Shown one piece after another: positions 37,901 through 50,887 of a stretch of 64,000 nucleotides of DNA. Within the stretch, counting starts at the first letter, position 1; every line of letters starts with the position of its first letter. The DNA is taken from positions 1,741,124 through 1,805,123 of the forward strand of contig CM082586.2 in the NCBI GenBank assembly GCA_040954595.2. Reading direction: 5' to 3'. Both the position numbers and the translations under genes were made by a program. This DNA comes from Balanoglossus misakiensis. Lineage: Eukaryota > Animalia > Hemichordata. The notes beneath the pieces were generated by a model. It saw only the letters and a program-made list of their open reading frames with translations. It made no database searches and was not told the DNA's origin.

Positions 37901-40900
37901 AGATTGTCACGCCTATCAGTCCACCCATCTTTCTGACTATTCATGACACTATAGTCTTCATCTCTCTCCATATCTGTCCCTTTCTCGCTGAATCCACTAA
38001 CCTTTCTGAGTTCAATCTCCAGAGCCTCTTTCTCCTCCTCATCCTGAACAAGATCTGATTTGGTGTACAGAGTTTCATCTCCTCCCCCAGCTGATGGCGA
38101 TGACAAGTTATCGTAGAGAGGTTGCGTCTCTGTGGGACTGTCATACAGTGGCTCCTCTGTTAGGTCAAACACACATAAAAGTTATGATAACTACCCATTC
38201 ATGGCAATACTGACTGACTCAGGTCTGATACAAAAACTGAATCAACTTTACAAGGCAATCAGAGTAACTTGTCCTACTCTGATATGAAGATGATCAGACC
38301 AGGCCAATTTGATTTTATCTTAATTCATCTGCACAATGCTAGCGACACTTTGCAAGTTCAATTGGTACATATGTTAACCTGTTTGCGAGATGACGTACAA
38401 CACATGTATGCCAAACCTAGGAAGTCTGTTAGTTTAATATCCAGGATACATAGAGTCAAGCAAAATACATGTACGTACAAGTAACCACTTACAAGCTGCA
38501 CCGACAAAGAAGGCCATGAATGAAAATACTGTCTAGGGTTACAACAGACAGCTCCTCTTTTACACACCTGATGAAAAATCTGAGACACTGTGATCGGAAT
38601 CAAAGCACTCATTGTACACAGCTACACAATATGTGTGTACGGCAAGTCACATTTTAATGTCCAGACTGTAGTATTCAATGAATCTGTGATTCACAGGCAA
38701 CTATAGGTATTTTATTTTTAGGCTTAGTTTCATGTCGAGTAGTAAGAAAGTTGATCCTTTTTCAATTTTCATTTTCAACTACAATTTTTTTTGTCTCTCA
38801 CCATCTGTGTTGCGAAACCCAGACCTGCACGTTTTTGCCCTAAATAGCTTCACGAAACAGCTGAATAGGTCAAATAGAAATCCCTTACCACTTTTCTGTA
38901 TTTCAGTTTCGGCCGAATTCTGTATGAGGTGTAAATATTCCAGGTAACTTTCAGAAGAAGTCAACGTGGTCGTAAGTTTCAAGTCCATATCTGTGTTATA
39001 TTCATCGTAATCATCACACAGATCTAAGCTGTTTACTTCGCCGTCATCGGTCGAAAATGATGACTGGCTAACGATATCCCCCTGCAGGAAGGCTGACGTG
39101 TCTTGCGATTTTTTCTCACGCATTTTAAAGATTAACTAAATAATATTAGAATGCTCAACTACCTGTATCAGGATTCTGTCCGGTAAAATATTGAAAGAGT
39201 TGCGACTACTGGCTGGGGGCGCGAGGAAAATGTGAAGACGCCAGAAAAGATTAGCAGAAGTGGTAAAACCTAACACCCGAGGGAAACTTTAAGACCAAAA
39301 GTAAACTTTCCAGTTATTTGGAAAATATTACAATGCAGACCATTGTTTGCTTATGTCGCACCTGAGACTGAACCATTAGTGGAATGGGGGTGGCAAGGCT
39401 TGAATGAGATGCCGTAATTATTTTTCCCTTCACAATGTAATATTTAATAAATAGCAGATTTCCACTTGAGATACATGTAGGTCCCATATCCTGTTCCTGA
39501 TGACGTACGCAAAAATCATGAGCACATAAAAGTTCATACATGTACATGTTTCATAATCAAGGACCAAAACCTAAATCCGGAGACATGTAATGTGTTTACA
39601 AACAACCGTTCCCCAAATGACCTTTGACACGCACCTGCCCAGTAAATGACCTGAGATATTTAAGCTCACTCTAGAAAATATGACAAGCTGGCGACAGCTG
39701 TTCTCTCTCCCAAAATAGCTATTTGTAATATTATCCTACATCCATTGGTGATATGAATGAACACCAAATCAAAATTCCCAAAAATTTTAATAGCACACTC
39801 AGATATTTTAATTTAAATCCATCAACTGTAACATTGTTCATTATCAATGTGAAAGCCAAATTTCATCAATCGTCACCTAGCTGTATGCTTTCATTTCCCT
39901 TTTATCTGATATAAAACGTTGCGATTTATTTTGATGACTGGAATAAAATTTATCGCCTGTCCATGTTAGCCCTGCTGTTCTTGAGATGGCTATATAAAAC
40001 ATGGTGTTTACAATTTGCTAAAATAACTTTGTCTAGTGCAGGAAAACCACAGATATTGAAATCCAAATTGACACCATTTCCATGCATGCAGAACACAGAA
40101 CGCAGCATGACCTTGAAAATCTACCTTTGGAAGTTCAAAAAAGTTCAACAGCACAATACCCTCAATACAAGGGCACTGAAAAACCACAGATGACAACAAT
40201 ACAGCAATCGAGGGTACCATTTTAATGTTCATGCATGAACTTACACTACAAGATTCCATTCATGTCAAAATCTCTCCTTTTTGCCAACTGAACTTCTACT
40301 TTTGTCCTTTTTATCAGTCAGAATGGACACTTTAGGTCCACAGAAACAAAGGGCAATGTCCCTAGTATGATTTAGTATGCAGTACACGTGTAAGACAGAA
40401 AAAAAGTAGTTTAATGATTTGTGTAAATACTGACAAAGCCATATTTGTTGGCAGATGAAATGACACAGATACTGATAGCCAATACAAAATGTGGACTTCT
40501 CTTTAACAATGGATTTAATCAGTCACATGAATTAGCAAGGACATCAAACAATAATGGATAATAATTGTGGCATTTCAAGACCATCCAAATGCATAAGACA
40601 AATAACATGTACATGTACATTACAAATAATAACATTGCAAGCCATTGCTGTTGTCCTTGATATGACAAACACAGAATGATACTGAACTGTAACTATATGT
40701 GTCCTGGTGTATCGGACTTTGGACTACAAGTATTTTCACCGCGATATGTAGATATTATTAAGCCAATTTAAAACTTCCTCAAACTCGTGGCGAGAGAAAA
40801 ATAAAATCATTAAACTCTGAAAAAATAATAATCACCTAACCTGGGTAGTAGGATTTATTCCAAAAGGTGCTCATGGTTGCTGGATGCTAAGAGGCGTGTG

Positions 40901-43900
40901 GGTTTTACATGTGGGCCATCGTGTAGATTAAGAGCAACAGAAACCAGACCACAGTCAGTCGAGTAATCACACACATCAAACTATGTCAACAGTCACAAGT
41001 GTTGTTGGTCTGGTGTACACCCTCCTACACACAACTGGATGATGTCATCAGTTGTGGCAGTGGACCGTAAAACCTCCATTGAATTGAGCCTACTAATAAA
41101 TCATTTCTGCACAGTTGGAAGTGACACAAGGGCGCGGTGGACTGTAAAACCTCTATTATTCAGTTCACAAATAAATCCCTTTCATCACAATTATATTCCA
41201 CAACTTTCAGAAGAAAAATAATGAACTTCAAACAGTGCTTTTCTCACAGCACATTCATGTACATGACAGTTTGACTGACAAGAATTTGCATGTCTCTGCT
41301 GCAATATCCCCAGGTAAATACACAGCCGAAATGTCATTATTACCAAAATAGGACAAATTGGATGAAAATCAATATGCCTCACCAAGCAACAGAAAATGAT
41401 TAGCTGTATAGTATGTCACTTTCAAAGGCAAAGATTTGCAGCTGAAAGATGAGATGAAGGATACATTGTAGGCTTCAGCCTGAGATTAACCAAATCAAAT
41501 TGAATATTGCTACTTTCAATGCAGCTATGGCTGTGTGTAAACTGCGGTAATGTGCTCACTGTTAGTATTGGATCATTGCAAATGTCAAATGGGGATGTTG
41601 ACTTTACTTAATGAAATACAATTCCTGTGTTACACTGAAATCTGCGTATAAGACAACATACTGTAGATTCGTATAATTCTTTTGCAATACAACACTTAGA
41701 AAGCTATTTTTCTTCTCCATAAGTTTGATCCACTTTTCATGTCACATCAATGTAAAAGAATAGGCAACAGATTTTCTTCAGTATTTTTTCCCCATTCTCC
41801 GCATTTTATATCTCAGCTCAGATGTGATCAAGCTAAATGTGAGCATATACATAACCATGTCACTCTCCTCTGCTAGGTTTTAACCCCATTACCTGGCTGC
41901 ATTTGCCAGACGGACTAATGGAACGGCAAATGAGGTTAAGGAGAGTTAAGCATTCCACCGTGTATCTCAATAAAGTTAAAGTAGCAGTCTGCGATTAATT
42001 TACGTCCGACGAATCAGAGGAAGGCACTAATTGGCTATGTTGTACATGGATGTAAATGTTAGCACCTGTTTTCTTTTGGGGGGCCTCCCATGGCAAATCT
42101 CAAATCTCAGTATCTTCATTTTGCTCTACGTGTACATCTCAAATGCAAATCACGTCTATACACGGAAGGCAATATTAGCAGCATCCCGTGGAATTGAAAC
42201 TACGCAAGCACTTTCTTCATATTACATTTATATCCCCGTCTCCAATTAAACTGTCAGACTCTATCATCCCAATCATTGCTCAGCACTTTTACTGTCTGAG
42301 AAACCTATTCTAAATTAACTAATCAATCAAACTGTTGTGATGGCAACCATGTGACCCCTGACCCAGGAGAGACGGAAACCAAAATGTCAAGGGATATCAC
42401 TGAGTGTTGACAATTTAAAAAAAAAAACTTTTTTCGATGCAAAAGTATTAGCAGTGTCATTTTCCTTCTGTACCTTTGACATTTCATTCGTGGGAGTAAA
42501 TCTTGGATAATGGTGGGCTTCTTATCAAAATATCACTCCAGGTGAAGATAAAATGGCACCAGTAAATAAATACCACCCCCTATTGCTGCTGGTTCTGGCA
42601 GCAATGATCTGACTTATGTCTAAGTTGTGATTACACAAATGCCAGCCAAGAAATACATTTGTGACATTTCCAAAGCTGTGGGTGCTTTGATATACGTCAT
42701 TGTGTAAGTGCTACTGAGATATTTTATAACAAAGTAATGCGTTCCTGAAACAAGAGAGTGGTATAGCTGGTAGTTGACTGAGGCTCATTTAACTACACAG
42801 CACTTTTTTCAGAGCTGACTTGAGTTTGACAATTTTGAATCAACAGGTGTCACTGACCTTTAACCCTTCCACCCCCAGTTCTCTGCATACAGGTCTAACT
42901 TTACCATAGAATACAATGGATTTGGACCAAACCATGGTGGTAAAAAGGGTTAAAGTTTGATCAGTATCACCTGCATGAAATTAACACTGACATTTCATAT
43001 ATTAGATTTGTAATTAAAATATGTATTATATATCAGGGACTGATGACATTTTGCTACATTGAGTCAACAGAAAATACCAAATATGTATTTCTGCACGATT
43101 GAGGACGACTCATTTCCGCACTGCGAAATGTCAACTCATGTTTCATCCTCCACTTCGATCTGACTGGTGACAGCTGCCTCTTGCTTTTTGATGGTGCCAT
43201 TTAAGATACTTTACAATCAGCTGATCATCATGTGATGGTTAGTCACTGCCGAGATAATCGCAGTCACATGAAAATTAAAACGCATTTGTGTATAAACGAG
43301 GTCAAACATTTTTTTCACTGCTTCAATGTCGAAACTGAAATGCAGCTTGATTCGATGAAATTCTTCTGAATGAACCATTCACCGATTCAATTATCAGACA
43401 AAATTCTCGATCTGAGAACAGGTATAAAACAGCTGTTGCAGGGATACAGTCGTGAAAAGACTACGCAGTTCAAAAGACTACACTCGAATTACAATGTTAC
43501 CCCACAGTGCACTCTTTGTAGTGTTTACTCATGGTGGCTTTATACAGGTATAGCTGTTGGCACAATCACCCACACGTCCATTACTACCTCTTCACCAGGT
43601 TACCATGGTAACATCTCACGACTTGTACGAGATTGCCACAGGCATTAACATGAATTTCCTGTACTTATTTTCAAGTCACAAAGAACAGGTCTTCATACAT
43701 ATGATTATAACAAGTAACGGAAATCTGAGAATGAAGGAAGATACATGTATGTATTCCTTGTAAAAATGATTTACAGACTGATTTTGTTTTGGAAAGAGGG
43801 TGGTGTTTTTATCTAACCATCTGGTGCTTTATTAAAATAGTTCAAAAGATGGCAACTTGGTCTATTTTGAAAGTGTCAACGGCCACAATGCAAATGACTG

Positions 43901-44892
43901 GGAAGACCGATCATGTCTCATCAGTCTGCATGCGTAGCTATGGTGACAGGCCATAATTATCGGCGATGAAACAATCCAGACTCTAATCCTGTTTTGTAAA
44001 GAAATCAGATTAACATTACTGGTATTACTGAACCCCAACTGTTCATACCAGGAACGCGGTACCAGGAATAATGCCTCATATTCATTTGCTGTAATACTCT
44101 ACACACAGGAATTAATTTAAACACATTTAATATGTTGTATTAGCAGATCATCATATTATAACTATGCATATGATGATCATACCATCATTGAAATTTACTT
44201 ACACTTCACTTGTACTTATTATGTTGAAATGGAGCTTTGACAAAAGACAAAAATACATGCAAGTTCAATAACACACACCATTTTTTATTTTCAAATCATA
44301 ATTCAAGGTCTTACACGACTTACAGAAGAAAAGATGATATAAATAGACAACTGCTACTACAGCTGGATAATACTTGGTGGTTCTGTGATCATGTAGGATT
44401 TGTACAAAAGTGGGCGTGGCAATGTTTCCGTCTGGCAAGAGTACACAATCAACATATACTACATGTAGTATTTCCCATTGTTATAAACGTGTTTACATGG
44501 TCCCTTCTCATACAATCCGTGTGATGTTTTCTGTTGCTTTCCTCTCTAGCTGTGGAAAATGGGTCGTGCAAATGATGAAGATTGTAAATTGGAACGTGCA
44601 TAAACAGTGATGGTTTGGATCCCAAGAGAGGATCCTTACTGCACCTTTACAGTGATGACTATAGTATCACTGGACACCTGATATAATTGAGCAACGTATA
44701 CCACACAGCAATACAGTGTCTTCCTAAGTCAGTATGTTCCACGTATACAACAACATGTGTGTGACGTCGACTTGTAAAATGAATGGCACTTTCCCTCAGA
44801 AAAAAGTATGAGATCGATGTTTGCGACTCACCTGTAGGACTCACACCTGGATAAATTCTATCATACGTCGGCGGGTTATTCTTTGAGCTCAT
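34936..44892 (-). CDS. TPD52: Tumor protein D52 family coiled-coil protein
   Basis: Core exons 38002-38156, 37687-37835, 36842-36901, 35419-35520, 35238-35298 and 34936-35097 splice in frame to ...EEEKEALEIELRKTEEEIATLKQVLQAKEKRVHELKQKLGLTPLNQLQKNVRDSW...AYNKTKAGLSTAGQKTGAAFTTFGSSVSRKMGELKNSTAFKSFEEK..., the D52 signature. The first exon is inferred at 44832-44892, with alternatives at 40841-40874 and 38802-39123. The symbol denotes the family, not a specific paralog. Confidence 0.88.
42860..42953. mobile_element. Tiny piggyBac-like MITE (86 bp) in a TPD52 intron
   Basis: TTAA-CCCTTCCACC ... GGTGGTAAAAAGGG-TTAA: TTAA duplication with CCCTT/AAGGG ends. The TIR is imperfect. Confidence 0.55.
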
Positions 44893-45090
44893 CTCTGATA
44901 TTCTGCGACACGACTACTTTCAATTTCCAAGGTAAAATTACAAGGATTTCGTCTACTTCCTGATTTTTTGCTCCACAAGTGAATAGCGCATGCGCTGCGA
45001 GAAGAGTAATTGACATCATTTCTCGCGTGACTTTGTGTGCGGTGTTTTGCGAGAGCAAGCGTTTGGCGTTCGTCACATTTCAAGATGGCG
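44893..45090. promoter_or_regulatory. Compact bidirectional housekeeping promoter (TPD52 / SF3B6)
   Basis: Divergent ATGs at 44892 and 45085. NRF1 palindrome GCGCATGCGC at 44986-44995, ETS-like ACTTCCTG at 44955-44962, TCTCGCGTGA at 45021-45030, and YY1-type CAAGATGGCG overlapping the SF3B6 ATG. Confidence 0.7.
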
Positions 45091-46737
45091 ATGCAAAGAA
45101 GACAAAACGTAAGTAACTCAGTCAAATGACTGGTTTTGTGGCCGTTTTGTTGGACATAAATCGTCCACCGACGTCTTACTTACATCATACCATATTCAGG
45201 GAAAGAATTGTTACTTAAGTTTTGGCGGTAGTTACCCTACTTGCGGTCAAAACTCATTTGATCCGGCTTGATCTGATCATGCCAACGACGACGCCGACTG
45301 AAAACAACAATATTGTCGTGAATGTGATCAGTTAACAAGTTCCAATCAATACGATTTCCCTATCCACTCGTACCTCCACGTTCTGACTCACTGGGCTGTG
45401 TAACATTGTCGTGGATCAGGTTAAGTATACTTGAACTCAGCATGGTTTGGCTGTTGGCTCAACCTGTACAACATGGTCACCAATGAATGATCATTTGGAG
45501 ATGATCTGTTGTTAAACTCCATGATAATTTATTTATAGAACAAGAAATTCTGGGGGAAAAGAATATTTCAGCACCATAGCTTTTGTGCAGGCGTGTTATA
45601 TTGATACTGTAAATAAATATTTTCTTTTACAGGTAAGGTTACCCCCAGAGGTCAACCGGATATTGTATGTACGTAATCTTCCTTATAAAATCACAGCCGA
45701 AGAAATGTACGATATATTTGGTAAATATGGAGCAATACGACAGATCAGAGTGTAAGTACATAAAAACTAATTTGTTCCCATATCAGGGTTCTCCACAGGT
45801 CAATACTTGGTCACACCAATAAAAAAAAACATGGTTAGATGCCACGAAAGAGGTGGCAATGCCTTAACCGTATATGTGTTGTTACACCCGAGGGTGTGTT
45901 TCCGTCCTTATCAAGGGGAGTGCTAACCTTCTCTCCTTTCATACAACACGCCTTGTATAGTATTTTTATATTGTATATAAATGTGGTGATATAAGGCAAA
46001 ACTTTCACATTGGTTGTACTGAGCGTGCATCCAACACAAAGTATTTCATTCAATACTTTGTATTGGATAAGAATATGTAACGGTCCAGATTGGAATATGC
46101 TGAATTAGCTTTATGCAATAATGAAGAAAATAGTTTGTATTTTTGGCTTCATTTGCCATATTTTGCTCCAAAGCAATCACCAGGTGCATCATGGGTAATT
46201 GCAACATTTGCATAATCACCCCACAGTGTGGGGACCTGACAGGTACTGACTAGTGTACATGTGTCAGTCACTGTAAGATATCATCTCTGATTTTGCTCAT
46301 TCCTTCATGATTGTCCAGTCAGGTGATTCTGATTACGTTGCTAATTATTTTCTTTTTCTTCCGTCTGATTCTAGGGGTCACACACCAGAAACAAAAGGCA
46401 CTGCGTACGTGATATATGAAGATATTTTTGATGCCAAGAACGCCTGTGACCATTTGTCTGGGTTCAATGTCTGCAACAGATATCTCGTGGTTCTCTACTA
46501 CCAAGTGAACAGGGTACGTCGCTTCCCATTTAAAGCCTAGGACAACTGTATTATCAAACCCCTTGTTGGATTTTCAGCAAGAGATATATGACTTGTACTA
46601 TCAAATTGTCTTGTATATAATTGTCTTATAATGTTTTTTCCTCATCTTAACAGGCATTCAAGAAAATGGACCAAACCAAAAAGAAAGACGAACTTGACAG
46701 ATTGAAAGCCAAATATGGACTTAATGACAAAAAATAA
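45085..46737 (+). CDS. SF3B6: Splicing factor 3B subunit 6 (SF3B14/p14), 121 aa
   Basis: Exons 45085-45108, 45633-45751, 46375-46513 and 46654-46737 give [121 protein letters not shown]. Confidence 0.98.
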
Positions 46738-47642
46738 GACTGCCATGTATATGTGTTTTTTTCAAGGGGGGGGGGGGTCACCTGTCTTTATCCACCTGTT
46801 GTCTGTAAAGCTTATTATCTCTCATTTCAAAGACACATTTGATATCACTGCACAAGCTGGCAAAACTGCATTGATTTCAAAAGTCAGCAACTAAAATCAG
46901 TCCTGGAACTTGGAATAATCATTCATATTTTTTTTTTCTTTTACAAGGTGAAATGACAGTTTCTAGAATTCTGTTTTCTGTTATTGTTTTTATTGAAAGA
47001 ATAAAGAACTTTGCTAAACATCTGGAAGTCCATCAATCATTTTTGTGTGCTTTGTACCCTTACTGGGCAAATTCAGGTCGTTCTATGCGAGTTCACATAT
47101 TTATGCCCAAGAAAGGGGCAAAGTATAAGCCTGTAGTATTATGGCAAAGACTTTAAAACAAGCAATACAATAAATGTATTGGTCAGTCTTCAATGACAGT
47201 TGTAAGAAAAGTGGGTGCTCAGCAGCAGACTGTCATCAAATAAAATTATTTGAGCATTTTACTTAATTTCTCTCATGTGAAAAGACCATAATGAATGGTA
47301 TAGGCTATTGACAGATCGAAGTATAAGGCATGTTTTGAGCTGTCCCCATTTCATGCAGTAAAACCTGGCACCCCCTCGGAAGTAATTGGTGGACCCTGAA
47401 AATATTATAATAGTATGCAAATTAACATTCATGGCTTCGACACACAGACGGATATCAATATTGTCAGAGGTGTTTTAGCGCAATTTATCGCGTTGTAAAT
47501 AACGCTTTGTCAATTTTTAAATCAGGTAAGTGTTCTGGTACACTTTGCTTCGATTTGGTGAGTGAATTTTCAAAAAAAGTTTCCACATTTCCTTTGAAAA
47601 GACGAACAGACGCGAACAGACATTTTGCCTTTTGAATCCAAG

Positions 47643-49955
47643 ATGGCGGTCGTGAACGAATACAGCGTGCCAGTTGTGGAAGAGCATATTCATTTAATGG
47701 ACTACCAGGGGGTAACATACCTGGAAGAGGTTGACAACAGGTAAAAACTTGCGACTAGACACAACAAATGCTCTGTGGAAGCTTTCAGGGGTCATGTGTA
47801 CGTCCATCACCGTAAAATTCGACCGACCTTGAAGCCAGTGAAGGTTATGCAACCCCCTCCCCTCAGTTCGCTGCTTGTCAATCATGTACATAATATTGCC
47901 GCAGTTTAATCGTCGCCTGTATTGTCACTGCCTCAATTTAACCATGAGCTATAGACAAGCATGAATGGTATGAAGGGAGAATTTTAGGAGCCTCATCAGC
48001 ATATCCCTACCCCTCACGGTACAGCTGCGTTTCCACGGATCAACAGGTCTGTTTATGTGGAGTCCATTGCACTGGCCAACTGGGCCAACTTTACCTTGTC
48101 TGTTTTCTTTGTGTTTACTGAGTTAAAGGGACAAAGTCTCTCTCTCACTCTTCTTTTCCCATTTATTATGTTTGAATCACTACACTGTTTATGCTAATGC
48201 ACATGTGGATATATAGTGAATCAACATTCAACCATCACGTTTGTAGGATATGAGAGCAAAAATCTCGCCAAAATGAATAAATGGTAAACACCGAATATTC
48301 ATTTTGTCGAGTTTTTCACTCTCGTGTCTACAAGTGGGGTGGAAGGTGTGTGTGGTTGAACTATGAGTAAAATTTCTCCATAATGTTAACCATAGAGATT
48401 GTCAAAGTCACTAAATTTGGCGGCCATTTTGAATGCCATAGACTAAGCACAGATATAGGCGGCCATTTTGAACCTCAAATTTGGCGGCCATTTTGAAAGT
48501 CTTAACTTTAAGGCAATTTAAACAATTTAAACAATTTAAACATAATTAATGGGAAAAGGGCAGCAAGAGAGAGACTTTGTCCTTTTAAGGTTTAACTGCT
48601 CCCCCCAAAAAACTAACAAGCTGATGTTTATGTCATGATATTCTCATTCAGGCTGAGCTTGGTTACCCTAAGGTGTCTACAGATCTATGGCGGAGCATTG
48701 TGATGACGCCGTGGAGAACTTGGACATCGGGGATACTGCAGAAGAAGTAGTCACTGTCGACGAGGAGGACCACCTTGGTCTTGCCAAGACTGACGAAGAT
48801 GTGGACAGTCCTGCAATGATCACAGCAGTAGTGCCGGAGTCCTCCATAATCCAGGATGGCATTGCCGATCAATGGACTAATGTTGCAAACGAACAGATTA
48901 TCGTGGAAACTCCAATAGATGATGAAACTACAGAAGGTAAGGAACGTGTGCTGTGTAACAGGTCCAATCTGTTCCGCTGCACAATTCAAGTAGAACGATG
49001 GATTATGTGTTACTGGATCCTAAGTGACACCAAAATAACAATGATTTCTACTCTTCCATACAGTCGTGACAAGTCCAATTATTGAAGTACAAACCTCAGA
49101 AGCCACTGGACATATTGTAGGAGACGATGGCATGATTGATATCGCCGAAGCAAGAGACGCTGATGAATTGAGGTTTTGTAAATCCACCCTCAAAGTGAAA
49201 TTAGTGGCAAGTCAGAATCAACAGGAAGGCACGACAACAAATCTTATCAGTGGTATAGAGGTTCTTGACCCGGGGAGCGATTTTGAAGCTTGGAATGTCG
49301 AAGCTGAGGAAGGGTGGGTCCATATTGTGCTTTTGTTATCAACTTCTGTTCTACGGTTAATTGTACTATCTTTATGCCATGTTCAGTTTTTAGCTTCTCA
49401 ACAAAGCCTGCTTGTCTGATGTCACCTATTGTTGTCATTTTCAGAGAAAACAACGAAGATAATTTACTTGATCTTGAAGGGCAGTCCAGCCAGCTGATAT
49501 TTATAGCCCAGCAGCCCGACACCAACACAACAAGTACACAAACAGAAGTTAGCATGCGGGCTGCGACGAAGAGGGAACGAGATAGAATCAAAAAGAGAGA
49601 ACTCAGGAAATGTCCAGAATTTAGGTAAATCATCATGATTTAACAATTTTCCACTTATGACATGCTTTATATGTGCAGATGAATGTTGCATAGGCCACAC
49701 ACACATAATTAATGCTTTTTGTTTCCTTGTTTCAGGGAGAGGGAAAAGGAACGAGCGAAAGCTAGAATGCGGGCCAAACGAGAAGATCCGGATTACAGAA
49801 ACGTAGAGAGGGAAAAAGACCGGCACCGGAGGAGGTTATCAAGGCAGCGAATGTCCTTGCTCCGGAATATGGAAAAAGAAAGGGAGCTTCAATGGAAGAG
49901 AATTGTGAGGCTGCAATCAACTATAGGTCTGGTGGACATGGTACCTGATACATGA
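47643..49955 (+). CDS. Uncharacterised protein, ~333 aa: long acidic N-terminus and basic charged helical repeats at the C-terminus (possible nuclear nucleic-acid binder)
   Basis: Phase-consistent exons 47643-47740, 48683-48936, 49064-49313, 49445-49624, 49736-49955. The ATG lies in a YY1-type CCAAGATGGCGG. AATAAA at ~50660. Confidence 0.75.
48123..48588. mobile_element. Non-autonomous Kolobok/T2-type MITE (458 bp plus TTAA target duplications)
   Basis: TTAA-AGGGACAAAGTCTCTCTCT...TTTTCCCATTTATTATGTTT matches the reverse complement of AAACATAATTAATGGGAAAA...AGAGAGAGACTTTGTCCTT-TTAA (~50-bp imperfect TIR). Three internal GGCGGCCATTTTGAA motifs. Confidence 0.75.
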
Positions 49956-50887
49956 ACAAGTGAGAGGACTGTGTGTGTAGTGCAATAAAGATGAACTTTG
50001 CTGGGTATGTAATCCCAGTCCACCAAAATCAGCTCAGTGATGAATTGTACCCTACAATTCCGGTGTGACAATAACGTTTAAAAAGGGATAACTGTACATT
50101 ACCTCTGTGTTTCCACAAGCATCGCCTTTGTGGTCAATTTCATTGTTGCTTCTGTTGTATGAAGCCTTGGATTGTTTTTGTTTTTTTTGAAACATTGTAC
50201 AAAAATGATTATTTAATTGATTGTGTCAGTAACGTGACAAGGGAAGGGAGATGGGAATATTATCAGTGGCTGAGGTATGAAGCAAATAGGTGCAAGGCCT
50301 GCCTTGTTGACCATCAGGAAGTTGCAATTCAGAATCTGGATGTGAATACAGCTCAGTACCATTGGCGCTGTACAACTCACCTTAGTCCAAACTCCAGGAT
50401 GAAAGATGGATCAGACTTGCGGTACTCTCAGGAGTAGCTTTGCTTTCATGGTGTTAGGACAGTCACCCCTCAGGCATAGTGCCAGAGATTGTGCCGAGTG
50501 GGTGGTTTGCCAATATACAAACCATTGTCTATGTACATCACTGTCATCATTCATTTTCACTCTCATTCATTTGTTCATTTATTTTTATTTTTGAGAGACA
50601 TCGCTAATGTGCACCTCCTTTCAAGAGTACCTCAGTTTTCTAATACATGTACAATGAAAAATAAAAGATTGTCAACTTTTGCCACTAGAGGGTGCTGTTC
50701 TGTTCCCCTTTTTCAATAGACATTTAGGGCTGATTTCAAAAATTCAACAAAAATTAAGTATACGATAGAATACATTGTTTTTTAAATTAAAAGGAAAAAA
50801 TCTTTGGCAATATGTAACCAATAAAAACTCAGTTCCTTATCTAATACTTATATTTTCTATGATACACTGGTATCTTACTGAAATAAC

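Noticed and set aside
43079-43200. Further TPD52 first exon (MAPSKSKRQLSPVRSKW...)
   Set aside because: Its apparent donor is phase 0 and does not fit the phase-1 acceptor at 38156.
48652-48682. Acceptor at 48651 as the start of exon 2 of the acidic/basic protein
   Set aside because: It gives premature stops. The acceptor at 48682 keeps the frame with exon 1.
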